From positions 1 to 29,586 of the forward strand of contig JAVYME010000010.1 of the NCBI GenBank assembly GCA_038736825.1: DNA of 29,586 nt, in the 5' to 3' direction. Within the stretch, counting starts at the first letter, position 1, and every line of letters begins with the position of its first letter. Below are positions 7,038-16,109 of this stretch, in pieces. This DNA comes from Candidatus Iainarchaeum sp. GTDB taxonomy: Archaea > Iainarchaeota > Iainarchaeia > Iainarchaeales > DTGL01. The position numbers and the translations under genes were made by a program. The notes beneath the pieces are model-generated. The model saw only the letters and a list, made by a program, of their open reading frames with translations. It did no database searches and had not been told where the DNA came from.

Positions 7038-7460
7038 ATGGGAGAAAGACCTATCGGGGTAACAATAGTTGGCGCTCTTTACCTTATTCGTGGGCTCTTG
7101 TTATTGGGAGTGGCTGCAATTGTCCTAGGCGGGGCAGGAGCAACCATGGTGACTGGACTCCCAGCTACTACAGGCAATCAGACTTCAAGTGCAGCCGCAA
7201 CAGGAGGCATTATAGGGCTGATAGCAGGGATTATCGGCATAGTCCTTCTGGTTGCTGCAATTATCAATTTGGCTATAGGCTGGTTCATTTTGAAAGGCAA
7301 CAACATTGCAAGATGGGCTGCAATAATCTTTGCAATCCTTGCCCTTCTCGGATTGCTTATGCCCTTCAACATCATAAGTATTGTTTTCGCAGTGATAGTG
7401 ATCTACTTCCTGTTAATAGACAAGGAAGGCAAAGCCTTCTTTGAAGGCGCAAAAGCTTAA
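7038..7460 (+). CDS. Hypothetical integral membrane protein (about 4 TM helices)
   Basis: GGAGGTG (7024-7030) lies 7 nt upstream of the ATG at 7038. The product has Gly/Ala/Ile/Leu-rich hydrophobic segments. No family recognised. Confidence 0.6.
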   Translation: MGERPIGVTIVGALYLIRGLLLLGVAAIVLGGAGATMVTGLPATTGNQTSSAAATGGIIGLIAGIIGIVLLVAAIINLAIGWFILKGNNIARWAAIIFAILALLGLLMPFNIISIVFAVIVIYFLLIDKEGKAFFEGAKA

Positions 7461-7528
7461 ACATGCACAATAACAGGGGAAATCAGCTCCCCTGTCTTTT
7501 TTTATCCCTTTATTCCTTTCTTCACTAT

Positions 7529-9124
7529 ATGTCTGCCTTTATAGAGCACGCTTTCATCAAGGAAAACACAATCGAAGCCCGCGATTACCAAGCCAGCCTT
7601 GCCAAAAGCGTTATTGAAAAAGGCTCTTCCCTCATTGTTGCGCCAACCGCTTTGGGAAAAACTGTTGTTGCAGCAATTGTAATTGCAGAAATGCTTGCCC
7701 AAAAAAAAGGCAGAGTGCTTTTTCTTGCGCCCACAAAACCGTTAGTCCAACAGCACTCCAATACTTTGAAAAAACTCTTAAAAGTTGAACCAGAAAAAAT
7801 TGCAACAATCACTGGAACCATTAAAGCAAGGGAAAGAAAGCAAGTCTTTGACAGTGCTTTAATTGTTTGCTCAACACCACAGTGCACCAGAAACGATCTT
7901 GCAAAAAAAAGGATTTCTCTTGAAGGGTTTGCCCTTGCTGTCTTTGATGAAGCGCACAGAGCGGTTGGGGATTACGCTTATGTGGACATTGCCAAAGCCT
8001 TCAACTCCCAAAACCCGCTGGGTCTTGTTTTGGGAATGACTGCCTCTCCAGGCCATGAAAGAAAAAAAATAGAGGAAGTGGCAAACAACCTGTTTGTGAA
8101 AAACTTTGAAATCAAAACCTTGGAGGACAGCGATGTTGCACCTTATGTAAAGAAAGTGAACCTTGAATGGCGTTTAATAGAACTGCCAAAAGAATTTGAA
8201 AAAATCTCCTTATTGCTTCAAGCATACTTGAAAAAAAACCTTTCAGACTTGAAGCAGGCTGGACTGGCTCCAACAGACAACCCAAAATATTTTAGCAGGA
8301 AACGCATTTTGGACTTGCAGGCAAAGGTAAGCGAGCGCATTAAAAGCCATGGCCATAAGGCGCCCTTTCTTTACGCAATTGCTTCAAAAATTGCTTGCAC
8401 TTTAATGGCATCCCATGCCCTTTTATTGATTGAAACGCAGGGCCCTCAAGCCTTAAACGACTATTTTGAGAAAAACCTTGCAAAGCCAAGGGAAGGCAAG
8501 ACATCTAGGGCTTTAAGCATGTTTTTAAAGGATGAAAGAATAAAGCATGCCATAGTGGAAACGCGAAAAGTGGCGGTTGAGGGAACAGAGCACTCAAAGC
8601 TAACTGAATTGAAAAAAATTGTTTCCCTGCAATTTGAAGAAAACCCATTCTCGCGAATAATTGTGTTCAATCATTACCGTGATTCGGTTGCCTTTGTTGC
8701 AGGCAAGCTTAAAGAACTGCCAAAAGCCAGAGTGCAACAGTTTATAGGGCAGGCAAGCAAGGGCAAAAGCAAGGGATTAAGCCAAAAGGAACAAGCGGAA
8801 ATAATAAAAAAGTTCGAGGAAGGCGAGTACAATGTGCTTGTCGCCACATCGGTTGCAGAGGAAGGACTTGACATTCCAGCCTGTGACTTGGTTGTATTCT
8901 ATGAACCTGTTCCAAGCGAAATAAGGCACATACAGAGAAGAGGGCGCACTGGAAGAATAAAAAAGGGAAGAGCCATAATTTTAATGGCAAAGGGAACTCG
9001 CGATGAAGCGTTCTATTGGAGTGCGAAAAGAAAAGAGGGCAAAATGACGCGCACACTGAAAAGATTGCAGTCAAAAACACAAGAATTGCAGACAAAACTG
9101 GGTGATTTCAATGCCAGAAACTGA
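7529..9124 (+). CDS. hef: Hef-type (FANCM/Mph1-like) superfamily 2 DEAH helicase, stand-alone helicase part
   Basis: ARDYQ near the N-terminus, APTALGKT (motif I), FDEAHRAVGDYAY (DEAH, the Hef signature), GMTASPG (III), LVATSVAEEGLDIPACDLVVFYEP (V) and HIQRRGRTGR (VI). The start is placed at the ATG at 7529 (MSAFIEHAF...). The ORF also has an ATG at 7463. Confidence 0.85.
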   Translation: MSAFIEHAFIKENTIEARDYQASLAKSVIEKGSSLIVAPTALGKTVVAAIVIAEMLAQKKGRVLFLAPTKPLVQQHSNTLKKLLKVEPEKIATITGTIKARERKQVFDSALIVCSTPQCTRNDLAKKRISLEGFALAVFDEAHRAVGDYAYVDIAKAFNSQNPLGLVLGMTASPGHERKKIEEVANNLFVKNFEIKTLEDSDVAPYVKKVNLEWRLIELPKEFEKISLLLQAYLKKNLSDLKQAGLAPTDNPKYFSRKRILDLQAKVSERIKSHGHKAPFLYAIASKIACTLMASHALLLIETQGPQALNDYFEKNLAKPREGKTSRALSMFLKDERIKHAIVETRKVAVEGTEHSKLTELKKIVSLQFEENPFSRIIVFNHYRDSVAFVAGKLKELPKARVQQFIGQASKGKSKGLSQKEQAEIIKKFEEGEYNVLVATSVAEEGLDIPACDLVVFYEPVPSEIRHIQRRGRTGRIKKGRAIILMAKGTRDEAFYWSAKRKEGKMTRTLKRLQSKTQELQTKLGDFNARN

Positions 9125-9842
9125 AAACCCTCAAAAAGAAAAAAAAATAATGCAGAAAACCCTGGCTTGCGGGAAAGAAAAAATAATTGTTTTCGCAGAC
9201 CACCGCGAGCGCGACTGCAAAGTAACAGACTTCCTGGAATCCATGGGGTGCGAGGTAAAAAAAATGCAGTTAGAGATTGCAGACTATGTTATTTCCAATA
9301 CAGTTGCCATAGAGCGCAAGCAAGCCCAAGATTTTTTGAACTCCCTTTTGGACGGACGGCTTTTCTCGCAACTCGTTTTCCTGGCAGAATCCTACAATCA
9401 ACCCCTTCTCTTGATAGAAGGGCGCTCTCACGAAATATTCAGCTTAAGCAATGTTCACAAACACGCAATAATCGGCGCACTCACATCAATTGCACTCAAC
9501 TACCGCATTCCAGTGCTGTTTGCTGAAACCGAAAGGGAAACAGCAGAATTCATTTATGTGATAGCCAAGAGACTGCAGGAAGGCAAAGACAAAGAGATTG
9601 CGTTGCGCAAGGGCAGGCCAGGCCTCACCTTGGAAGAACAGCAAAGGTATGTGGTGGAATCGCTTCCACTGGTTGGACCAAAAACCGCCAAGAGACTGCT
9701 TGAACAATTTGGCTCCATTAAAGGCGTTTTCAATGCCTCTGAAAAAGACTTGGAAAAAGTGGAAAAAATCGGACCAAAAAAAGCGATAAGGATAAGAAAA
9801 CTGGTTGAAGCAAAATATTCTGGTGGAAAAAAAGGCTCTTGA
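9111..9842 (+). CDS. xpf: XPF/ERCC4-type structure-specific endonuclease with C-terminal (HhH)2
   Basis: ERCC4 nuclease motifs FADHRERD...ADYVIS..VAIERKQAQDFLNSLLDGRLFSQL (GDxnERKx3D type). The C-terminal helix-hairpin-helix pair is LPLVGPKTAKRLLEQFGS...VEKIGPKKAIRI. The ATG at 9111 overlaps the helicase stop (9122-9124) by 14 nt; a GTG at 9102 is an alternative start. Confidence 0.85.
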   Translation: MPETENPQKEKKIMQKTLACGKEKIIVFADHRERDCKVTDFLESMGCEVKKMQLEIADYVISNTVAIERKQAQDFLNSLLDGRLFSQLVFLAESYNQPLLLIEGRSHEIFSLSNVHKHAIIGALTSIALNYRIPVLFAETERETAEFIYVIAKRLQEGKDKEIALRKGRPGLTLEEQQRYVVESLPLVGPKTAKRLLEQFGSIKGVFNASEKDLEKVEKIGPKKAIRIRKLVEAKYSGGKKGS

Positions 9843-9924
9843 ATTTTTTATTGAATTAAAGCAAGAGAACGTTGACGCCATTAGGGCAGCATTGATTAAA
9901 GTTAAAATTCAAATTCCTTCTGAA

Positions 9925-9957
9925 GAATTTAAAAAATTTGTCAAGAGTATTAATATC
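9925..9957 (+). promoter_or_regulatory. AT-rich region with two TATA-like boxes upstream of tRNA-Gly
   Basis: atttaaaaaa (9927-9936) and tattaatat (9948-9956). The first is spaced appropriately (about 35-40 nt) upstream of the mature 5' end at 9970. Confidence 0.3.
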
Positions 9958-9969
9958 CAGCAATGGTTT

Positions 9970-10041
9970 GCGTTTGTCGGCCAGTGGTTAGGCCTCGAGC
10001 TTCCCAAGCTCGCAACCCGGGTTCGAATCCCGGCAAACGCA
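9970..10041 (+). tRNA. tRNA-Gly (anticodon CCC), no intron, CCA not encoded
   Basis: Manual cloverleaf fold. Acceptor GCGTTTG/CAAACGC with discriminator A; D arm GGCC-AGTGGTTA-GGCC; anticodon arm CGAGC-TTCCCAA-GCTCG (anticodon CCC); variable loop CAAC; T arm CCGGG-TTCGAAT-CCCGG. Confidence 0.9.
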
Positions 10042-10063
10042 TTTTTGCATTAACTGTTTTTTT
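10042..10063 (+). terminator. Oligo-T tracts (T5 and T8) directly downstream of the tRNA
   Basis: ttttt at 10042-10046 and tttttttt at 10056-10063. Confidence 0.5.
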
Positions 10064-10178
10064 TCTTGTTAGCCTGAAACCGAACATTAAAGAAAGCCTT
10101 TTTTAAACTTGAAGCGAAATATATTGCAGGCAATAATTTTTTTTGCGGGAGGTTTTTTTCGTGAAACCGGGAGAAAAA

Positions 10179-12209
10179 ATGAAAAACGATTCAAAAAAGG
10201 CAGTTTTTTTTATTGCAGTTGTTTTGATTGCCTGCATTGCAATGATTGGATTGTTGATATTGTCTGTCAAACCAAGTGATTCAAACGGAGACAGCGGAGC
10301 AAAGCCAAGCAACCTGCAGCGCTTTAAGGATTATGCAGAACTGTCAGCTTATTTTGAAAAAGCAAGGAATATGCCAGCACGCTATTATGCTGGCGATATT
10401 TTTTCAATTGGAATGCCGTTAATGTCATCCCCGCAGAAAATGGTTCAAGCGGAATCCGCTGTAGTTCCATTTTCCGGCGAAGCAGTTGAATATTCCACTA
10501 CAAACATTCAAGTGGAGGGCGTTGACGAGGCGGACATAATAAAAACCGATGGCAAATACGCTTACGCGATTGCCAGAGGCAAGCTTTACATAATCGAAGC
10601 ATATCCAGCGGAAAGCGCAAAAGTGGTTTCAGAAACCACTTTTTCAAGCGAAACACCCAGAGAATTGTTTGTTTCAGGAAACAAACTGTTGGTTTTCTCT
10701 GATTCTTATGGTGGTGGCTATAAATGCCCTCTTACAGCCGGAACTGCAAAAAAATGCTTTGGTTATTCCAGTGGAATTGTTTCCGCAAGACTTTACAATA
10801 TTTCAGATAAAGAAAACCCAGTACTGGAAAAAGAAATGGAATTCGAGGGCTCCTACCTGAATTCAAGGCTTATAGGAAAGCACGCCTATTTCGTCATAAA
10901 CTCTTATTCAAGATATTATGACTATGAAAAAGACGCCAACTCTGACATTATCCCGCAATACAGGGTTGGCGGAGAAAACGGCACTGTTTCAAGGATTGCA
11001 GAGCCAGAACAAATAGGCTATATTCCCAACATCAGGCCTGAAAGCTTTGTGACAATTGTTTCGCTCAACCTTGAATCACAGGAAATGCAAAAAGAAACAA
11101 TTGCCGCTTCAGGCAGTGCAATTTATGCTTCACAGAAAAACCTTTACATTTCAGCGCCCGTCTGGAATTGGAGGGAAGAGCCAGTTCCATTAAAAAGCGG
11201 TGGACTGGTAAGGGAAATAGTTTGGCCGAGGCCTTCAGCAATAGAGCAAACTTCAATAAGCAAGTTCAGCCTTGAAAACGGCAAAATTTCTTTTGTTGCT
11301 GAGGGAATTGTTCCAGGGCACATTTTAAACCAGTTTTCAATGGATGAATTTGAAGAGCATTTCAGGATTGCCACCACAATTGGAGAGGTTTCAAGGGGCG
11401 GCTCTAGTTCAACAAACAACATTTATGTTTTGGACAGTGAAATGAAGCTTGCCGGCAAAATTGAAGGCCTTGCTCCAGGCGAAAAAATTTATTCTGCAAG
11501 GTTTATGGGCAAAAAGGGCTATCTTGTAACCTTTAAAAAAGTTGATCCCTTGTTTGTAGTAGACCTTTCAGATCCAAAAAACCCAAAGGTTTTAGGAAAA
11601 CTAAAGATTCCGGGTTATTCTGACTATTTGCACCCAATAGATGAAACACACATTATCGGCTTGGGAAAAGAAACAATTGAATCAACTTATGGCGACTTTG
11701 CATGGTATCAAGGAATAAAAATGGCAATATTTGATGTTTCAGACCCAGAAAACCCAAAAGAAATGTCCAAAGTGGTTATTGGTGACAGGGGCACTGAAAG
11801 CTATGCATTGCATGATCACAAAGCATTCCTTTTTGACAAAAAAAGAGAGCTTTTAGTGATTCCAGTAATGCTGGCAGAAATACCTGAAGAACAAAAAAGC
11901 GATATTGAAAGGGAAAGGGTTTCGCCAACCTATGGCCAGCCTGTTTTCCAGGGCGCTTTTGTCTTCAAAGTGTCCCTTGAAAGCGGCATCACTGAAAGGG
12001 GAAGGATAACGCATGTTTCAAAAGAGGAAGAACTGAAAAGAGGCTACTATTATGGAGACAATTATTCGGTTAAAAGGTCCTTTTACATTGGAAACGTGCT
12101 TTACACCTTTTCAGACAGCATGCTGAAAGCCAACAATCTTGACACTCTGGAAGGCATAAGCAGTGTTGCTTTAAGCCAAGGATATTATTATGGCGGCTAC
12201 TATGAATAA
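10179..12209 (+). CDS. Secreted/anchored beta-propeller domain protein (COG4880 / Beta_propel family)
   Basis: N-terminal TM/signal anchor KKAVFFIAVVLIACIAMIGLLIL. FKDYAELSAYFEKA...YSTTNIQVEGVDEADIIKTDGKYAYAIARGKLYIIEAYPA is the hallmark N-terminal block of this family. The C-terminal region ...ARFMGKKGYLVTFKKVDPLFVVDLSDPKNPKVLGKLKIPGYSDYLHP also matches. An in-frame GTG at 10161 with an upstream GGGAGG is an alternative start. Confidence 0.8.
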   Translation: MKNDSKKAVFFIAVVLIACIAMIGLLILSVKPSDSNGDSGAKPSNLQRFKDYAELSAYFEKARNMPARYYAGDIFSIGMPLMSSPQKMVQAESAVVPFSGEAVEYSTTNIQVEGVDEADIIKTDGKYAYAIARGKLYIIEAYPAESAKVVSETTFSSETPRELFVSGNKLLVFSDSYGGGYKCPLTAGTAKKCFGYSSGIVSARLYNISDKENPVLEKEMEFEGSYLNSRLIGKHAYFVINSYSRYYDYEKDANSDIIPQYRVGGENGTVSRIAEPEQIGYIPNIRPESFVTIVSLNLESQEMQKETIAASGSAIYASQKNLYISAPVWNWREEPVPLKSGGLVREIVWPRPSAIEQTSISKFSLENGKISFVAEGIVPGHILNQFSMDEFEEHFRIATTIGEVSRGGSSSTNNIYVLDSEMKLAGKIEGLAPGEKIYSARFMGKKGYLVTFKKVDPLFVVDLSDPKNPKVLGKLKIPGYSDYLHPIDETHIIGLGKETIESTYGDFAWYQGIKMAIFDVSDPENPKEMSKVVIGDRGTESYALHDHKAFLFDKKRELLVIPVMLAEIPEEQKSDIERERVSPTYGQPVFQGAFVFKVSLESGITERGRITHVSKEEELKRGYYYGDNYSVKRSFYIGNVLYTFSDSMLKANNLDTLEGISSVALSQGYYYGGYYE

Positions 12210-12263
12210 AAGTTTTTCCAGGAAAGGGTTTGTTTTTCAGCAAACCCTTTTTAATTGTTTTCC

Positions 12264-12833
12264 ATGAAAACTGCCTTTATGCAAAACGCGGTTTTGAAAT
12301 GCATTTATGAAAGGCGCTCTGTTCGCGATTTCAAGGACAAGCCAGTGCCAAAAAAAATCGTGCAAGAATTGCTTAATGCAGCAGTAATGGCGCCTTCTGC
12401 CAGAAACTCGCAACCCTGGCATTTCACTATAGTGCAAGACAGGCAAACAATTGACAGGCTTGGAGAAAAAGCAATGCAATTGCAAGGACTTTTTGGCAAG
12501 TTTGTGAGGGCTGGCGTAAAAGTTGCCGGAAAAGGCACAATCTTTTACAATGCACCCCTGCTGATTATTGTTTCAGGTAAAAGCGATTACGATTACTTGA
12601 AGGACGATGTGAACCTTGCAGTGCAAAACATGTTTTTGGCAGCCCACTCTTTAGGCCTTGGAAGCTGCTGGATTGGCTTGGCAAAACCACTCAACAAAGA
12701 TCCTGAAACCTTGAAAGAACTCGGAATTCCAAAGGGAATGGAAATAGTCGCGCCACTGATTTTTGGATACCCAAAAAAGGAAGACAAAAGCATTCCCAAG
12801 CGAGAGCCAAAAATCCTCAAATGGATTGAGTGA
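12264..12833 (+). CDS. Nitroreductase family (FMN-dependent) protein
   Basis: RRSVRDFKDKPVPKKIVQELLNAAVMAPSARNSQPWHFTIV is the classic nitroreductase N-terminal block. AHSLGLGSCWIG follows later. Length is about 190 aa. Confidence 0.85.
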   Translation: MKTAFMQNAVLKCIYERRSVRDFKDKPVPKKIVQELLNAAVMAPSARNSQPWHFTIVQDRQTIDRLGEKAMQLQGLFGKFVRAGVKVAGKGTIFYNAPLLIIVSGKSDYDYLKDDVNLAVQNMFLAAHSLGLGSCWIGLAKPLNKDPETLKELGIPKGMEIVAPLIFGYPKKEDKSIPKREPKILKWIE

Positions 12834-12851
12834 GCCTTTGGAGCGCCAACA

Positions 12852-13313
12852 ATGAAAGGCATTTACATACTGTTGATAAAAATATGCAGGACTTCAAGAG
12901 CGCGAATTGGCTCTTTGGGCATAATAAATCTCAAAAAAGGTTTATACACTTATGTGGGTTCTGCGCAAAACAGCCTTGAAAAAAGGATTGCAAGGCATTA
13001 TTCGAAAAACAAAAAATTGCACTGGCACATAGACTACATTCTATCACTGAAATCTGCAAAAATAATCAGGGTTTTTTACAAAAAAGCCGGAAAAAGAGGG
13101 GAATGCAGAATTGCCAGAAAAATTTCCAGAATTTGCATTCCTGTTCTTGGCATTGGATGCTCGGACTGCAAGTGCAATTCTCATTTTTGCATGGTTGGCA
13201 ACCAGAAAACGCTTTTGAAATTGGCTGGATGCGAGAACTTTAAGTGCTATACTTCCACTCCAAAGAAAAGAATTGAAGGGCTAAAAATTGTTCAAAGCTT
13301 GCAAACGAATTAG
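12852..13313 (+). CDS. DUF123 (GIY-YIG/Uri-like) domain protein
   Basis: GIYILL...[19 protein letters not shown]....[11 protein letters not shown]......ECRIA......[13 protein letters not shown] matches the DUF123 layout, a GIY-YIG-like core plus a Cys cluster. Confidence 0.7.
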   Translation: MKGIYILLIKICRTSRARIGSLGIINLKKGLYTYVGSAQNSLEKRIARHYSKNKKLHWHIDYILSLKSAKIIRVFYKKAGKRGECRIARKISRICIPVLGIGCSDCKCNSHFCMVGNQKTLLKLAGCENFKCYTSTPKKRIEGLKIVQSLQTN

Positions 13314-13367
13314 GCTTTTCAATTTGCACTTCCCTTTAAATCCCTTTTCCTGCTATTTCCTTGCCTT

Positions 13368-14855
13368 ATGAGCGAAGATTTGTTTTCACTGCCAGAATTC
13401 AAGAGCGTGCTAGCAAATCCCTCAAGGCAAAAACTGCGCGAACTTGCAAAAAAAGATGAAACCACCACAGATTATGGCGCTCCATCCTATATTACGAGAG
13501 TTCGCTCCCGCTCTGCAAAATTCACAAAAAACTCCATAGACCAAGGCTTTTCACAAGAAGACCTTGAAGAAATGAAAAAACTGCGCTCATATTTAAAGGA
13601 AAAAGGGGAAATGCTGCAAATTGACAGAAAAATGGGGCGCACAGAAGCCTTTCATTGCCGCTTGTATGTTTCAAAAGAGTTTGCAAGAATTGGTTTGGGT
13701 TGGAGCGAATTGCTGGAAGAATGGAATGGCAATGGCAAACCAGACATGGTAACCGTAATGGTGCCAGAATGGCCTGTTATAAAAATTTTGGTTGAAGCTG
13801 AAAAGGCAATCACTTTCATAATGGGTTCTGATTACACTGGTGAAGCCAAAAAATCGTTTTTGAGAATGTGGATGTATTTGGTTAAAAAAAAGGGCTGGCT
13901 TGGATTGCACGCTGGAAGCAAGTTATTGCATTTAAAGCAAAACAATGGCTCAATCCACAAAATCGGCCAGCTTTATTTTGGCTTGAGTGCCACAGGCAAG
14001 TCCACTCTTACAGGGCACGGTTTTTATTTGAGGGAACCTGAAAAGGCTGAACTCATACAGGATGATGTTGTTGCCTTAAAGCCTGACGGTTTCTGCATTG
14101 GCACTGAAGGCAAAGGCCTTTACATTAAAACTGAGGGCATTTCAAGAGAAGAGCAACCCGAATTGTATCACGCGGTTACACAGAAAAGCGCTTTTCTGGA
14201 AAACATTGCGGTTGACAGCAAGGGAAAAGTGGATTTCAATGATTTTGCCTTAACCTCTAATGGGCGTGCTGTAGTCCAGCGCTCTGAATTGTGCAATGCT
14301 GCAAAAGAAATTGATATGGAGCGCGCAGACCAGTTGTTCTTCATTACAAGAAACCCTATAATGCCGCCAATTGCAAGGTTGAACCCGAAAAAGGCAGGTG
14401 TTGCCTTCATGCTGGGAGAAAGTGTTGAAAGCTCTGCAGGCGATCCCACAAAAGCGGGACAGAGCGTGCGAGTGGTTGGCACAAACCCGTTCATTATGGG
14501 AAAACCGGGATTTGAAGGAAACCTTTTGGTTGAAATCCTTGCAAAAAACCAGGCAATGGAATGCTATATAATAAACACTGGTTTTGTGGGGGAAGGCAGT
14601 GAAAGGGCAAAAGTCAGGGTTCCAGACACTGTTGGCTTTATTGAACGGGCTGCGCGAAAGGCAATTGAATGGGTTGAGGACAAAGAGCTTTTGCTGGAAA
14701 TACCGAGAGAGATTGTTGGTTCTCCTTTTGACCCGAGAAGCCATTACTCAAAAGAAGAGTTTGCAGAAAAAATTTTGAAGTTAAGGTTAGAGCGAAAGGA
14801 ATGGCTTGAAAGGTTTCCAGAATTAAAGCCTGAAATAAAAAAAGAAATATACTGA
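13368..14855 (+). CDS. pckA: Phosphoenolpyruvate carboxykinase (ATP)
   Basis: The PEPCK-specific block SDYTGEAKKSFLRMWMYLVKKKGWLGLHAGSK parallels E. coli [30 protein letters not shown]. Kinase-1a is FGLSATGKSTLT and kinase-2 is LIQDD. SFLENIAVD..GKVDFND...T.NGRA and IINTGFVG are also collinear with PckA. Confidence 0.8.
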   Translation: MSEDLFSLPEFKSVLANPSRQKLRELAKKDETTTDYGAPSYITRVRSRSAKFTKNSIDQGFSQEDLEEMKKLRSYLKEKGEMLQIDRKMGRTEAFHCRLYVSKEFARIGLGWSELLEEWNGNGKPDMVTVMVPEWPVIKILVEAEKAITFIMGSDYTGEAKKSFLRMWMYLVKKKGWLGLHAGSKLLHLKQNNGSIHKIGQLYFGLSATGKSTLTGHGFYLREPEKAELIQDDVVALKPDGFCIGTEGKGLYIKTEGISREEQPELYHAVTQKSAFLENIAVDSKGKVDFNDFALTSNGRAVVQRSELCNAAKEIDMERADQLFFITRNPIMPPIARLNPKKAGVAFMLGESVESSAGDPTKAGQSVRVVGTNPFIMGKPGFEGNLLVEILAKNQAMECYIINTGFVGEGSERAKVRVPDTVGFIERAARKAIEWVEDKELLLEIPREIVGSPFDPRSHYSKEEFAEKILKLRLERKEWLERFPELKPEIKKEIY

Positions 14856-14861
14856 TTTTTT

Positions 14862-15665
14862 TTATTTTTGGATTTCCATGATTTTTTTTGCAGGCCCTGT
14901 TATTGTTGCCTTTTCGTTTTCAATGTCTGTTCGCAGGTCCCCTGCTACAATGGATGCCTTGTTGTTTCCATTGAAAAGAAAAAAGGCAACCTGTTCAAAG
15001 CTTGAGGCTGGAAAGATAAGGCTTTCGCCTTGCATTGTGCCCCCAAAGGATTCCTTTAATTGCTTTAATTTTTCAGGTTCACTGCACTGCACTAAAAAAT
15101 CCGCAGAAACCTTTTTTGAAATTCCAAGCACTATTTTTTTTGATTTTTTTTCCGAAAGCCTTACTTCCAGGGAATCCTTGAAATCCATTGCCCTCAGGGC
15201 TTTGACATTGCTTTCTATGATTCTTGCAAGGTAGGCGAGTTTTCTGCTTCTCTCCAGTGATTTTTCAGCAATCTTTTCCAATCTTGAAACCGGAAAGGAA
15301 AGACTGGTTTTTGCTATTGCCTGCAAATCCGGTTCCTGTTTGGATCTTTCCACTAAAACTGTAAGGTTTTGAACCAGGCTTTCAGGGTTGGCATAATCCG
15401 CTTCCTTTACAAGCCCTTCAACCTTCAACAACAATTTATTTTTCATTTCTGCTTGGATTTTTAGAATGCCTTTGTCTGTAAGGAAAAGGCGGTTTCCCCG
15501 CTTGCAAATTAAACCCAAGGCTTCAAGGTTTTTTATTAGCCTGCTCAGGGCAGCACGCGAAGAATTAATGTTTGAATAGTCCCCCATTATTTTTGCCAGC
15601 AGTTCATGGTATTGCATTCCAGGATTCTGTTTTAAGACAAGCAGCACGGAATTCTTTGAAGCCAT
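14862..15665 (-). CDS. Hypothetical protein with an N-terminal winged-helix (MarR/ArsR-like) DNA-binding domain
   Basis: SVLLVLKQNPGMQYHELLAKIMG...SSRAALSRLIKNLEALGLICKRGNRLFLTDKG resembles a wHTH. The remaining ~190 aa are unassigned. I use the ATG at 15665; the track start at 15689 is a TTG. Confidence 0.5.
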   Translation of the reverse strand: MASKNSVLLVLKQNPGMQYHELLAKIMGDYSNINSSRAALSRLIKNLEALGLICKRGNRLFLTDKGILKIQAEMKNKLLLKVEGLVKEADYANPESLVQNLTVLVERSKQEPDLQAIAKTSLSFPVSRLEKIAEKSLERSRKLAYLARIIESNVKALRAMDFKDSLEVRLSEKKSKKIVLGISKKVSADFLVQCSEPEKLKQLKESFGGTMQGESLIFPASSFEQVAFFLFNGNNKASIVAGDLRTDIENEKATITGPAKKIMEIQK

Positions 15666-15749
15666 AAAAAAAGAATTAGTGCAAAACAATTAAATGTTTA
15701 AATAGTCCAAGGCTTCATCTTTTGCGAAACCAAAGCGCTTGCAATTTTT

Positions 15750-16025
15750 TCATACAAGTTCTGGTTTTTTCATTCTCTTTGGAATGACAAAATAGTGCTT
15801 TGCCTTGCAAACAGAGCATTCAGCCAAATAGGTTGGCCTCTTGTTTTGCTTTTTGACTATTGCAACAAACTGGTATCTTCCACCATAGCCTTTGGTGTGG
15901 GCTTCGTGCCTTCTAGTGCCTTTAGCCAGCGCTCTAGCCTTGCCTGGCTTGAACTCTTTGAGCTTGTGCTCGGTGTGCTTTTTGCATTTCTTGCAATATG
16001 TCTTGATTTTTTTAGGCAATTTCAT
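15750..16025 (-). CDS. rpl44e: 50S ribosomal protein L44e (eL42)
   Basis: MKLPKKIKTYCKKCKKHTEHKL...GYGG...ECSVCKAKH is the eL42 zinc-ribbon pattern with a CxxC pair on each side. I use the internal ATG at 16025. Confidence 0.9.
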   Translation of the reverse strand: MKLPKKIKTYCKKCKKHTEHKLKEFKPGKARALAKGTRRHEAHTKGYGGRYQFVAIVKKQNKRPTYLAECSVCKAKHYFVIPKRMKKPELV

Positions 16026-16109
16026 TGAAAACACCAAAAAAGCAAAAAACAAACAAGAACTAATAATTAGCAAAAGAAAGGTTTAAAAAAGCGGGCTTTT
16101 AAAGCCTTT

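Noticed and set aside
9060-9124. Programmed ribosomal frameshift fusing the Hef helicase to the XPF nuclease
   Set aside because: Both frames are open here, but I see no slippery heptamer or homopolymer at the junction. The nuclease also has its own ATG and GTG. Gene fission or a sequencing indel are the simpler explanations.
9805-10053. 82-aa plus-strand ORF from the six-frame track
   Set aside because: Its 3' third is the tRNA-Gly(CCC) gene (9970-10041), which folds into a perfect cloverleaf. The ORF is a read-through artefact.
13368-14855. Suspicion that the PEPCK-like ORF is a non-catalytic or repurposed paralogue, because IGDDEHGW reads LIQDDVVAL
   Set aside because: The Asp pair, the kinase-1a P-loop, the Lys-Lys/His PEPCK-specific block and the NTG(W/F)xG block are all present and collinear. 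A divergent but ordinary ATP-dependent PEPCK is the conservative call.
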